Shown here piece by piece: positions 6,025 to 13,873 of a stretch of DNA of 13,917 nucleotides. This stretch comes from a bacterium. GTDB taxonomy: Bacteria > Zhuqueibacterota > Zhuqueibacteria > Oceanimicrobiales > Oceanimicrobiaceae. Position 1 is the first letter of the stretch. The number at the start of each line of letters is the position of its first letter. A program made the translations under genes and the position numbers. The stretch spans positions 1-13,917 of the forward strand of contig JBHHXT010000117.1 of the NCBI GenBank assembly GCA_046757165.1. Reading direction: 5' to 3'. The notes beneath the pieces were generated by a model. The model did not search any database. It saw only the letters and a program-made list of their open reading frames with translations, and was not told the origin of the DNA.

Positions 6025-9000
6025 CTAATAGTTAAAGCGTGTGGTCAAAACGAACGAGCGGGTGTTCGGGTTGCCGAAGTAGTCAAGCCCTCGGCCGCCC
6101 CGGGTCCCCAGGAGGTTTTGGTCTGGATCGATACCGGTGTAGTCGGTCCAGGTCTTGAGATTGCGGGCGCTGGCACGCACGTTGATGCTGGTCAGCCCCA
6201 TCCAGCGCGGCAGATCGGCAAACGTGTACGCGAGAGAAACCTCACGCAGTTTAACATAGCCGCCGTCTTCGATGAACTGGCTGGCCGGGCCGGTGAAGCC
6301 GCTGCCGAGATTCTGCAGGTGCCAGGCCTGACCATCAGCGACTTCGGTGCCCTGGCCGGGACCAAAGCCGTCGAAGACCTGGGTGCCATCCCGATTATCC
6401 GCCGTGGTCACGTGTGCGCCAAAGAAGGAGAGGGCGCCTCTGGTGCCATTCCAGATGTCGCCGCCGCTCTTGATATCGATGAGGGCAGAGACCTCCAGAT
6501 TGTTCCACAAGGTCACCGTGTTGCGCAGGCTGCCGGTCCAATCCGGATTGGGATCACCGATCACCCGGAATTCCGGATCCTGGATCGGATAGCCATCTTC
6601 GGCGATGTAGAGGGCGCCTGCGGTGGCCTCAGGGAAAAGCTCGTCGATGTTTTCACCACTGACCTTTGTCCCGCGGCCAAAACGGACGAAATCACGGCCA
6701 TAAATCACGCTGACGGCATGACCTTCCCGCGCAATCGGACGGGCGCTGGTAAAGCCGCCGAGGCCAATAAACTCGAGGGTTTCGCCCGTGATGACGTCGC
6801 GCAGGTGGGTGACCTGATTGTCATTTTTGGAGAAGGTGGTGCGAATATTCCATTTGAAGTCTTTCATGTTGATGGGCTGCAGATTCAGGCCGAGCTCGAT
6901 GCCCTTGTTCTCGAGCTCGCCAGCGTTCTGAATCTGCCGCGTCGCCCCGGTCGAAGGAGGCAGAGGATTGAAGAAAATCGCGTCGCTGGTCTTCTGATTA
7001 TAGTAGGTAAAGTCGAGCCCCAGACGGTTGTTCCAGAAGCCCACATCCAGACCGACTTCGATTTCTCTTGACCGTTCCGGCTTGATGTCCGGCTGACCTT
7101 TGGTGCCCGAGGTTGCGAAGCCGCCGGTGCCGAACGAGCTCAGACTGTGCGATGAGCCCCAGCCTGAGATGAAGTTGCCGGTAAAGAACGCGGTCAGAAT
7201 GTCGTAGGGATCGGGCTGCCGGCCCGCGGTGCCATAGGCAAAACGCAGCTTACCGAAATTGAGCCAGTTGTTGTCCCGTAACGCATCCATCTGCGTGAAT
7301 TCCCACGCTGCGCTGAATGACGGATACAAGTGGCGCTTTTCGCTCTTGCCGAACGTTGACGAGCCGTCATTGCGGATGCTTCCCGTCAAGTACACCTGTT
7401 GCCACACATCCACAAACAACCGTCCAAAGTACGATTCGGAACGCTGCTTTTCAGCAAACTCGATGCTGGGATCGATGGTCGCCGTGTTGTCGAGCTGGTT
7501 GAATCCGAGAACGGCCATGTTGTCCCCGATGACACTGAACTCGTCAAACTCACGATGGTTGAGGTTTTGCCCCAATGTGAGGTTCAGGTTCATATCAGCG
7601 GTTTCAAAAGCCTTGACCGCGGTAATGGTCAGGCTTCCGTCGATCTCTTTTTCGGTCAGTTTTTCACGCACCACGCGGCCGTTGGGTCTGTCCGAGCTTC
7701 CGATCGGCAGTACCGTGCGGCGTTCATCAACGGAATAATCATACCCGAAACGATAATTGATGTTGAGCCAGTCGAGCGGATCATATTCGATGGAGACATT
7801 GATCAGAGAGCGCCCGACATCAGAAATGTTTTGGTGCTCCTTGGCGACAAAGAATGGATTGTCGTACCCGCGTGAGCCCGCCTGCCGGGTCGGATTCTGG
7901 TTTCTGTAAGAGCGGTGGAATCCTTCTTCGGTCAGATAAGGCAGATTGTTGAAGTCTGGCGGCGTACGGAACGAGCCGAGCAGCAAGCCGCTGACGTTCG
8001 ACCCTCTCTGGATACGGTCCTGGTCGACGTTCGAGAAAGCGATATTGCCGCTGAAATTCAAGTTGTTGCCGACGCGCTGCGACGCCTTCACACGCACGGT
8101 GTTGCGCAAATAGTCTGAATTGCCCCGGATGAAGCCGTCATGGTCAACCCGACCGAAAGAGAGGAAGTAGGTGGTTTTTTCGGTGCCACCGGAAACCTGC
8201 AAGTTGTTCTCGAACTTGTGGCCGGTTTCGAAGAGCTCGAAAGCATGGTCAAAGGTTTCCACATCCGATCCCAGGTCCGGTCCCCAGCTAAAAGGTGAAT
8301 TCACCTGCGACTGACCGTTGAGGCCCTGGCCGTACTTGCGCTGCAACTGTGCACTCTTCTTGACGTCATCAAACGTGTACCCGACTTTGTAGGACAATCT
8401 CGGCCTGCCCGGACGGCCGCGCTTGGTGGTGATGAGCACGACGCCGTTGCCAGCGCGCGAGCCGTAGACCGCTGAGGCGGCTGCGCCTTTGAGCACTTCC
8501 ATGGAAGCGATATCTTCCGGATTCAGGTCGTTGGCACGGTTTTGCTGCACCACGTCGCCCGTGCCCGTGAAGGTGACGAATCCGAAGCGCTCGGAGTTGT
8601 TGATGGGCACGCCATCAACGACGAAGAGTGGCTGGGTGTCGGAGAAGCTCAGCGTGGTGGCGCCGCGGATACGAATATAGGAGGAAGCGCCGGGCTCGCC
8701 ACTCGTTTGGGTCACTTCCACTCCCGAAATCTTACCGGCAAGCGCCGAAACGACGTTGGATTCGTCGCTGTTGGTGATGACCTTGTCTGAGACTTTCGCA
8801 ATATTGACGCCCAGTTTGGCTTTGTCCATTTCCACCCCCAGGCCGGTCACAACCAGGGTCTCCATCTCCAGAACATCCAATCCCAGGGTAAAGTTGTTGG
8901 TGATCTTCCCCGGCTTCAACGTGATCCATTCTTTCATGGTTTTGTAACCGATGAATTTCGCCTCGATGTTGACATCCTGTCCCAGCACCTGGGCCGCCGG

Positions 9001-9198
9001 AACAACGATCTCATACATGCCATCCGGATTTGTTGCACCGCCGAGCCGCAGCTCAGGAATGTAGACGTCGGCGCCGATGAGCGGTGCGCCGCTTTCGTCT
9101 GCCACCTGGCCGGTAATGATGGCATCTACCTGCGCAAACGCCATGAACGGCATGAGAACCCCGAAGCAAACTAGCGCAATCATGAACTGTCTATTCAT
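6025..9198 (-). CDS. susC: SusC/RagA-family TonB-dependent outer-membrane transporter (1057 aa)
   Basis: Signal peptide (AFA|Q). N-terminal carboxypeptidase-regulatory-like domain (ITGQVADESGAPLIGA). Plug signature PLFVVDGVP...DLNPEDIASMEVLKGAAASAVYGSRAGNGVVLITTKRG. Barrel motifs RNDGSSTFG, IKPERSREIEVG, IGDPNPDW, IEDGGYVKLREVSLAY. Aromatic C-terminus; AAGGAGG SD. Confidence 0.96.
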   Translation of the reverse strand: MNRQFMIALVCFGVLMPFMAFAQVDAIITGQVADESGAPLIGADVYIPELRLGGATNPDGMYEIVVPAAQVLGQDVNIEAKFIGYKTMKEWITLKPGKITNNFTLGLDVLEMETLVVTGLGVEMDKAKLGVNIAKVSDKVITNSDESNVVSALAGKISGVEVTQTSGEPGASSYIRIRGATTLSFSDTQPLFVVDGVPINNSERFGFVTFTGTGDVVQQNRANDLNPEDIASMEVLKGAAASAVYGSRAGNGVVLITTKRGRPGRPRLSYKVGYTFDDVKKSAQLQRKYGQGLNGQSQVNSPFSWGPDLGSDVETFDHAFELFETGHKFENNLQVSGGTEKTTYFLSFGRVDHDGFIRGNSDYLRNTVRVKASQRVGNNLNFSGNIAFSNVDQDRIQRGSNVSGLLLGSFRTPPDFNNLPYLTEEGFHRSYRNQNPTRQAGSRGYDNPFFVAKEHQNISDVGRSLINVSIEYDPLDWLNINYRFGYDYSVDERRTVLPIGSSDRPNGRVVREKLTEKEIDGSLTITAVKAFETADMNLNLTLGQNLNHREFDEFSVIGDNMAVLGFNQLDNTATIDPSIEFAEKQRSESYFGRLFVDVWQQVYLTGSIRNDGSSTFGKSEKRHLYPSFSAAWEFTQMDALRDNNWLNFGKLRFAYGTAGRQPDPYDILTAFFTGNFISGWGSSHSLSSFGTGGFATSGTKGQPDIKPERSREIEVGLDVGFWNNRLGLDFTYYNQKTSDAIFFNPLPPSTGATRQIQNAGELENKGIELGLNLQPINMKDFKWNIRTTFSKNDNQVTHLRDVITGETLEFIGLGGFTSARPIAREGHAVSVIYGRDFVRFGRGTKVSGENIDELFPEATAGALYIAEDGYPIQDPEFRVIGDPNPDWTGSLRNTVTLWNNLEVSALIDIKSGGDIWNGTRGALSFFGAHVTTADNRDGTQVFDGFGPGQGTEVADGQAWHLQNLGSGFTGPASQFIEDGGYVKLREVSLAYTFADLPRWMGLTSINVRASARNLKTWTDYTGIDPDQNLLGTRGGRGLDYFGNPNTRSFVLTTRFNY

Positions 9199-9489
9199 AT
9201 CCTTTCCTCCTTAAATTTTGTTGAACACGGGCCCCCGTAAGGTTGTATATGTGGACTGAGAGGCTGTCTTAACCTCTTGTATCGTAAGGGTAAAACTCTG
9301 GCAGAAAGATCAGCAGGGCGGTGGGGAGCGTTGATTGGTAATGCACATTTTGGCTCTCAGCAACTCAGACGTTATGAACGGTACTACTGGTTATTTTTGA
9401 CCAGGCCGAACAGATTCTTGGAAAAGTCAGAGATGGAAAACAGAGATCATGCGCAAAAAACATACTCGAAAGAACAATCGAAAAGAATC

Positions 9490-9504
9490 GCAATATTTAT
9501 ACCA
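9490..9504 (-). promoter_or_regulatory. Putative sigma54 (-24/-12) promoter for susC-susD
   Basis: Minus strand TGGTATAAATATTGC has exact GG-N10-GC spacing with TGGYAY and TTGC context, and points toward susC. Confidence 0.7.
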
Positions 9505-9522
9505 TAGCTGGCGGCGCATCCG

Positions 9523-9535
9523 TAAGTCGTTAATT
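9523..9535 (-). promoter_or_regulatory. IHF-like binding site
   Basis: Minus strand AATTAAcgacTTA versus consensus WATCAAnnnnTTR (one mismatch), located between the sigma54 box and the upstream palindromes. Confidence 0.5.
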
Positions 9536-9580
9536 AACAAGAGAATTGTGCGATATGGGGTGCCAGGGCAACAGATGGCG

Positions 9581-9619
9581 GTGCAAAAACTTGCATATAT
9601 TAGGAGCAAGTATTTGCAC
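9581..9619. promoter_or_regulatory. Paired enhancer-like (UAS) palindromes
   Basis: TGCAA-aaac-TTGCA (9582-9595) and aGCAA-gtat-TTGCA (9605-9618), 23 bp apart. The two sites are also a 13/14 inverted repeat of each other (9581-9594 / 9606-9619). Confidence 0.55.
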
Positions 9620-9713
9620 ATAAAAGGTGGGTAGGAGTATGCACAATTGTGACGTTTCCAGGGTTGTTTTTTTGAGCCGCGGTAGAACTCTGGGTAATTC
9701 TCGTTTCTTTTGG

Positions 9714-9742
9714 TTGACATTCTAATTTACTTTCTTTATAAT
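9714..9742 (+). promoter_or_regulatory. Consensus sigma70 promoter for the lipoprotein-carboxypeptidase unit
   Basis: TTGACA (9714-9719), 17 nt spacer, TATAAT (9737-9742): a perfect match to consensus. Confidence 0.85.
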
Positions 9743-9823
9743 GCTTTAAGTTGTCTTTTTCTAACCCGCAACCACGTGGAGATGCGGGAATTTGCACGAA
9801 CCCCCCAGAACAAGGATTTTGCC

Positions 9824-10318
9824 ATGTCAAGCATCAATCCGTTGTTAACGTTCATATTCTGTACCGTGCTCGTGTCTTGTCAGGGTAGCGGTGAAAAGAG
9901 CGTCTCCAGGGAACCTCAGGAGCGCGATCCGAATGTGCCTCAGATGCAGAAGATTGCCATCAGCAGCAGGACAGAGGCCGACAGTTTGATAACGGCCGGC
10001 GTCGACGTCATCGTCGTCGAGCGCGATTATGTGGTTGCCAGGTTGCGTCAGGAGGAGGTTGCCACCTTGAGGGCCGGCGGCCTGCGTGCCGAGCTGGCAA
10101 CAGAGTCGGATCTGGTGCAGCGTCTGGTCAAGGTCGCGATCACGGACCGGGCGCAAGCGACCGAGATGGCCAGCTTGGGGGTGGACATCTGGGAAGTTGC
10201 CGGCGACACGGTGGTGGCGCAGGCTTATGACAAGTACATCAGACAGCTCGAGGAGCGAGGGCTCTTCGTGAAGGTCGTCGAGGAGAACATTTTGAATCTG
10301 GTGAAGAAAGAGCAATAG
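9824..10318 (+). CDS. Lipoprotein (164 aa) made of two tandem ~60-aa repeats resembling M14 carboxypeptidase activation peptides
   Basis: ATG 9824 with AAGGA SD at 9812-9816. Lipobox LVS|C at residue 19. Residues 41-97 and 101-157 align without gaps (18/57 identical; K.AI..R..A......GVD...V..D.VVA.........L...GL). The propeptide resemblance is by eye only. Confidence 0.75.
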   Translation: MSSINPLLTFIFCTVLVSCQGSGEKSVSREPQERDPNVPQMQKIAISSRTEADSLITAGVDVIVVERDYVVARLRQEEVATLRAGGLRAELATESDLVQRLVKVAITDRAQATEMASLGVDIWEVAGDTVVAQAYDKYIRQLEERGLFVKVVEENILNLVKKEQ

Positions 10319-10368
10319 ACTTATCTGAAGAATTCCGATAGCACTGCATTATCATGGGGAGCAGAGTG

Positions 10369-11385
10369 ATGTCAAACAGACTTCTTTTCTTCTGTTTTTT
10401 GCTGAGCGTTCTCTTTTTGGTCGGGGGAAGTTGCCCGACGCCCACCCCGGGTCCGCCGGACGCCGGTCTGTATCACACCTATGAGGAAGTGAGCGCTGAG
10501 CTGCAACAATTACAGTCTGAGTTTCCTGCCATCGCAAAAGTGGTGGAGCTGGGTGAGTCTGTTGAAAAGCGCAAAATCTGGGGCTTGAAGATCAGCGACA
10601 ACGTGGCTGTCGAGGAAGAAGAACCGGAGGTGCTCTTCATCGGCGGACATCACGCCCGGGAGTGGATCTCGGTGGATGTGCCCTTGTTGCTTGCCCACAA
10701 CCTGCTTTCGCATTATGCCACAGATGAACGGGTGCAAGCCCTGGTGGACAATGGGGAGATCTGGATTGTCCCCTTGCTGAATCCGGACGGCCACCAGTAC
10801 TCAGTAACAAGCAACCGCTTGTGGCGCAAAAACCGCCGCAACAACGGCGATGGTACGTTTGGCGTCGATTTGAACCGCAATTATGGCTACGAGTGGGGCG
10901 GGCCCGGTTCCAGCGGCGATACCTTCAGCGACATCTACCGCGGTCCGGCACCCTTCTCGGAACCTGAAACCCAGGGGATTCGGGATTTCGCCGGGGCCCA
11001 TGAGTTCCTGGCCATGATCTCTTACCACAATTATTCACAGCTTGTGCTGTTTCCGTGGGGGCACACAAACGCGCCGGCTCCCGACGAGGCGCTGCTCGAC
11101 CAGTTGGCCACGACGCTGGCAGATAGCATCCTGGCGGTGCATGGCAAACGCTACACCCCACAGCAAAGCTCGGATCTGTACCTTGCAAGCGGGGACGCGA
11201 CAGACTGGCTCTACGGCGAAACGCGTGTGCCATCCTTTACCATCGAGCTTCGCCCAAGGAGCTCGAACCCGGGCTTCCAGCTCCCTGAGAGTCAGATTCA
11301 GCCGACATTCGAGGAGAATCTCCCCGCAGCATTGTTTCTGATCGAGTGGACACAGACGGTCGGAAGGATGATCAGTACTTTGTAG
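10369..11385 (+). CDS. M14A zinc carboxypeptidase, carboxypeptidase T-like, exported (possibly a lipoprotein)
   Basis: Zinc ligands HHAREW (HxxE) and SYHNY; WRKNRR; GVDLNRNY; YRGPAPFSEPET; LYLASGDATDW; catalytic Glu in FTIELRP. Start ATG 10369 with GGGGAG SD (track start is 10354). Hydrophobic leader ends in GGS|C. Confidence 0.93.
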   Translation: MSNRLLFFCFLLSVLFLVGGSCPTPTPGPPDAGLYHTYEEVSAELQQLQSEFPAIAKVVELGESVEKRKIWGLKISDNVAVEEEEPEVLFIGGHHAREWISVDVPLLLAHNLLSHYATDERVQALVDNGEIWIVPLLNPDGHQYSVTSNRLWRKNRRNNGDGTFGVDLNRNYGYEWGGPGSSGDTFSDIYRGPAPFSEPETQGIRDFAGAHEFLAMISYHNYSQLVLFPWGHTNAPAPDEALLDQLATTLADSILAVHGKRYTPQQSSDLYLASGDATDWLYGETRVPSFTIELRPRSSNPGFQLPESQIQPTFEENLPAALFLIEWTQTVGRMISTL

Positions 11386-11455
11386 GCCAGGGAAATTAGG
11401 CGTTTCAACGTTGTGCCTTCGAGCCGCAATTTTGGGGTTCCTGCAATTTTTGTAT

Positions 11456-11484
11456 TTGCAATTCACTTACCTTAGTTGTATAAT
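11456..11484 (+). promoter_or_regulatory. Putative sigma70 promoter upstream of acs
   Basis: TTGCAA (11456-11461), 17 nt spacer, TATAAT (11479-11484). Confidence 0.6.
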
Positions 11485-11516
11485 TATAACTTTAGTCGAC
11501 GTTGATTGCCCTTCTA

Positions 11517-11600
11517 GTTGCTGTTGGCTATTGGCATTTAGCCATTGGCGCCGCTAAACAAATAACAAGAGATAATAGAGAGCCAACAGCTAACAGCCAA
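11517..11600. repeat. Heptamer-periodic (TTGGCTN-type) inverted-repeat element
   Basis: Left gttgctg ttggcta ttggcat ttagcca ttggc (11517-11549). Right gccaaca gctaaca gccaa (11582-11600), the reverse complement of the same unit. Confidence 0.75.
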
Positions 11601-11647
11601 GATACTAACCCGCATAAAACCTGACGCGGCAAAGCCCCAATAAAATT

Positions 11648-11833
11648 ATGAACCGCAAAGGCACAAAACTCGCAAAGGAGTGATGGTGAAGAGAAGACGA
11701 ATTGTGCAATACAACTATTGGATTAGCAATCGAAGTCCATCGTCATTTGGGTCTGGGTTTACTTGAATCTGCTTATGAAGAATGTCTTTGCCGAAAATTT
11801 CCAATGAATAAGATGGCCCTTGTAAGACAATGA
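11648..11833 (+). pseudogene. Degenerate GxxExxY-family protein gene (N-terminal remnant)
   Basis: One frame from ATG 11648 reads MNRKGTKLAKE*W*REDELCNTTIGLAIEVHRHLGLGLLESAYEECLCRKFPMNKMALVRQ*SLP. IG.AIEVHR.LG.GLLESAYEECL is the hallmark N-terminus and contains GLLESAY = GxxExxY. In-frame stops are present and the C-terminal two thirds is missing. Confidence 0.88.
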
Positions 11834-11888
11834 TCTTTACCTAACTCTTTGATATTTTTATCTTTGTGTTCATTGCGCCTTGGCGGTT
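11651..11888. repeat. Nonamer-periodic inverted repeats flanking the GxxExxY remnant
   Basis: aaccgcaaa-ggcacaaaa-ctcgcaaag (11651-11677) versus the reverse complement of ctttgtgttcattgcgccttggcggtt (11862-11888), aaccgccaa-ggcgcaatg-aacacaaag; 20/27 identical. Confidence 0.8.
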
Positions 11889-11950
11889 TGATTTTCTTGC
11901 GAGAAAATGCAAAAGATGAGCGATAGTACCATAAAAAATGGAGGCCTGCA

Positions 11951-13867
11951 ATGGGAGGCAAGTCAAGAAACAACGATCCAAAAGGACAGGACAAAGTGTA
12001 TCAACCGGATAAATCGATCATCGAGAATGCCCACGTCAAGGACTACGACGCGCTCTACAAACGCTCTATCGAGGATCGCGAAGGATTCTGGGCAGAGGAA
12101 GCCGATAAGCTGGAGTGGTCCAGGAAGTGGGACAAGGTACTCGACGACAGCCATAAGCCCTTTTTCAAGTGGTTTGTGGGCGGTAAGATCAACATTATCA
12201 GCAATGCGATTGACCGACATCTAACGACCTGGCGCAGGAACAAACTGGCGCTGATCTGGGAGGGCGAGCCCGGGGATGTGCGCACGTTTTCTTACCACGC
12301 CCTCAACCGCGAGGTCTCCAAGTTTGCCAGCGTCCTGAAAAGCATGGGTGTCAAGAAGGGCGAAATTGTCACTATTTATATGCCGCAGATTCCGGAGCTG
12401 GCGATTGCCATGCTGGCGTGCGCAAAAATCGGTGCCGCACACAGCGTAGTCTATGGCGGCTTCAGCGTCGAGGCGCTGGCAGAACGAATTCAGGACGCAC
12501 AAAGCCGTGTGCTGGTGACAGCAGACGGCGGCTGGCGGCGGGGCAAGATCACGGACTTGAAGGCGATCGCCAACGAAGCGATCAAACGTTCCGCCACCAT
12601 TGAGGTGTGCATTACCGTGAAGCGGACCGGGCAGGACGTTTACATGGAAAACGACCGCGACTTCTGGTACCATGACCTCATGGGGCTGCCCATCGCCAGC
12701 GCGAAGTGCGAGACCCAGGAAATGGATGCCGAGGACATGCTGTTTATTCTGTATACCTCCGGCACCACCGGCCGGCCCAAGGGCGTCTTGCACACCCATG
12801 GCGGCTACACGGTGTACACCTCCACCACGCTCCGTTACGTCTTTGACATCAAAGATGACGACCGCTGGTGGTGTGCGGCAGACCCTGGATGGATCACCGG
12901 CCACAGTTACATCGTCTACGGTCCCCTGATCAATGGCGCCACGGTCATGATGTATGAAGGCGCTCCCAATCATCCCTACCCGAACCGCTGGTGGCAGATG
13001 GTCGAAAAATACGGCATCACCATTCTTTACACCTCGCCGACCGCCATCCGCGGTTTGATGCGATTCGGCGATCAGTGGCCGCAGCGGCATGACCTGAGTT
13101 CACTACGTCTGCTGGGCTCGGTCGGGGAGCCGATCAATCCGGAGGCCTGGCGCTGGTATTATCGCGTCGTTGGCCAGGAGCGCTGTCCCATCATGGATAC
13201 GTGGTGGCAGACAGAGACGGGCGGCTTCATGATCACGCCGCTGCCGATTACACCGCTCAAACCCGGTTCGGCAACCAGGCCGTTCTTTGGCAATGAAGTC
13301 GCGGTGGTCGACGATGAGGGCAACGAGGTGCCAGCAGGTGAGGAAGGCAAGCTCGTCCTCAAGTCCCCGTGGCCCGGCATGGCGCGCACGATTTATGGCG
13401 ATCCGGAGCGCTATGTCGAGGTCTACTGGAAGGATTATGAGAAGCAAGGATGGTACAAAGCCGGTGACTCGGCCCGCATTGACAAAGATGGCTACGTCTG
13501 GATCATCGGTCGCATCGACGACGTCATCAAAGTCAGTGGCTACCGGCTCGGCACGGCGGAGGTTGAAAGTGCCCTGGTGAGCCACGCGGAGGTCTCCGAG
13601 GCGGCCACCATCGCCCTGCCGCACGACCTGAAGGGCAATGCCATCCACGCTTACGTCATCCTGCGCGCAGGCGTGCAGGGGAGCCCTGAGCTGGAAGAAA
13701 CGCTCAAAAAACACGTGGGCCATGAGATTGGACCGATCGCCCGACCCGAGTCGATCACCTTTGTGGATTCGCTCCCGAAGACGCGCAGCGGCAAGATCAT
13801 GCGCCGGGTTTTGAAGGCGCGCGCCATGGGCGTCGATGAAGGGGATTTGTCCACGCTCGAGGAGTGA
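11951..13867 (+). CDS. acs: Acetyl-CoA synthetase (acetate--CoA ligase, AMP-forming), 638 aa
   Basis: AMP-binding motif YTSGTTGRPKG; ADPGWITGHSYIVYGPL; GSVGEPINPEAW; DTWWQTETGG; GRIDDVIKVSGYRLGTAEVESAL; acetylation-lysine motif LPKTRSGKIMRR. GGAGG SD at 11940-11944. Confidence 0.97.
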   Translation: MGGKSRNNDPKGQDKVYQPDKSIIENAHVKDYDALYKRSIEDREGFWAEEADKLEWSRKWDKVLDDSHKPFFKWFVGGKINIISNAIDRHLTTWRRNKLALIWEGEPGDVRTFSYHALNREVSKFASVLKSMGVKKGEIVTIYMPQIPELAIAMLACAKIGAAHSVVYGGFSVEALAERIQDAQSRVLVTADGGWRRGKITDLKAIANEAIKRSATIEVCITVKRTGQDVYMENDRDFWYHDLMGLPIASAKCETQEMDAEDMLFILYTSGTTGRPKGVLHTHGGYTVYTSTTLRYVFDIKDDDRWWCAADPGWITGHSYIVYGPLINGATVMMYEGAPNHPYPNRWWQMVEKYGITILYTSPTAIRGLMRFGDQWPQRHDLSSLRLLGSVGEPINPEAWRWYYRVVGQERCPIMDTWWQTETGGFMITPLPITPLKPGSATRPFFGNEVAVVDDEGNEVPAGEEGKLVLKSPWPGMARTIYGDPERYVEVYWKDYEKQGWYKAGDSARIDKDGYVWIIGRIDDVIKVSGYRLGTAEVESALVSHAEVSEAATIALPHDLKGNAIHAYVILRAGVQGSPELEETLKKHVGHEIGPIARPESITFVDSLPKTRSGKIMRRVLKARAMGVDEGDLSTLEE

Positions 13868-13873
13868 GTCATG

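Larger units (their letters stand above)
11603..11928. mobile_element. Putative MITE-like shell enclosing the GxxExxY cassette
   Basis: Imperfect terminal inverted repeats TACTAACCCGCAT (11603-11615) / ATGAGCGATAGTA (11916-11928), 10/13 match, TA at both ends. Subterminal hairpins gcggc-aaa-gcccc (11626-11638, one mismatch) and attttct-tgcg-agaaaat (11891-11908). Confidence 0.4.

Noticed and set aside
5851..7071. 406-aa plus-strand ORF, plus other long ORFs opposite susC/susD
   Set aside because: Antisense shadow of a well-supported GC3-biased gene; no recognisable motifs.
9199..9478. Riboswitch in the ~280-nt susC leader
   Set aside because: No cobalamin, TPP, SAM or other aptamer consensus is recognisable by eye; only a small hairpin near 9259-9277. 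An Infernal/Rfam scan would settle it.
9549..9566. Second sigma54-like box TGGCAC-cccatatc-GC on the minus strand
   Set aside because: GG-to-GC spacing is 11 nt rather than the required 10.
9710..9823. Longer TTG start for the lipoprotein (track 9710), and likewise TTG 3938 for the short GWxTD gene
   Set aside because: These starts lie upstream of or within the predicted promoters and would bury the signal peptides.
11648..11833. TGA read-through or recoding producing a functional GxxExxY protein
   Set aside because: TGA is used as a normal stop by acs and both GWxTD genes, and most of the domain is deleted regardless.
12221..13723. 289-aa and 206-aa minus-strand ORFs
   Set aside because: Antisense shadows of acs.
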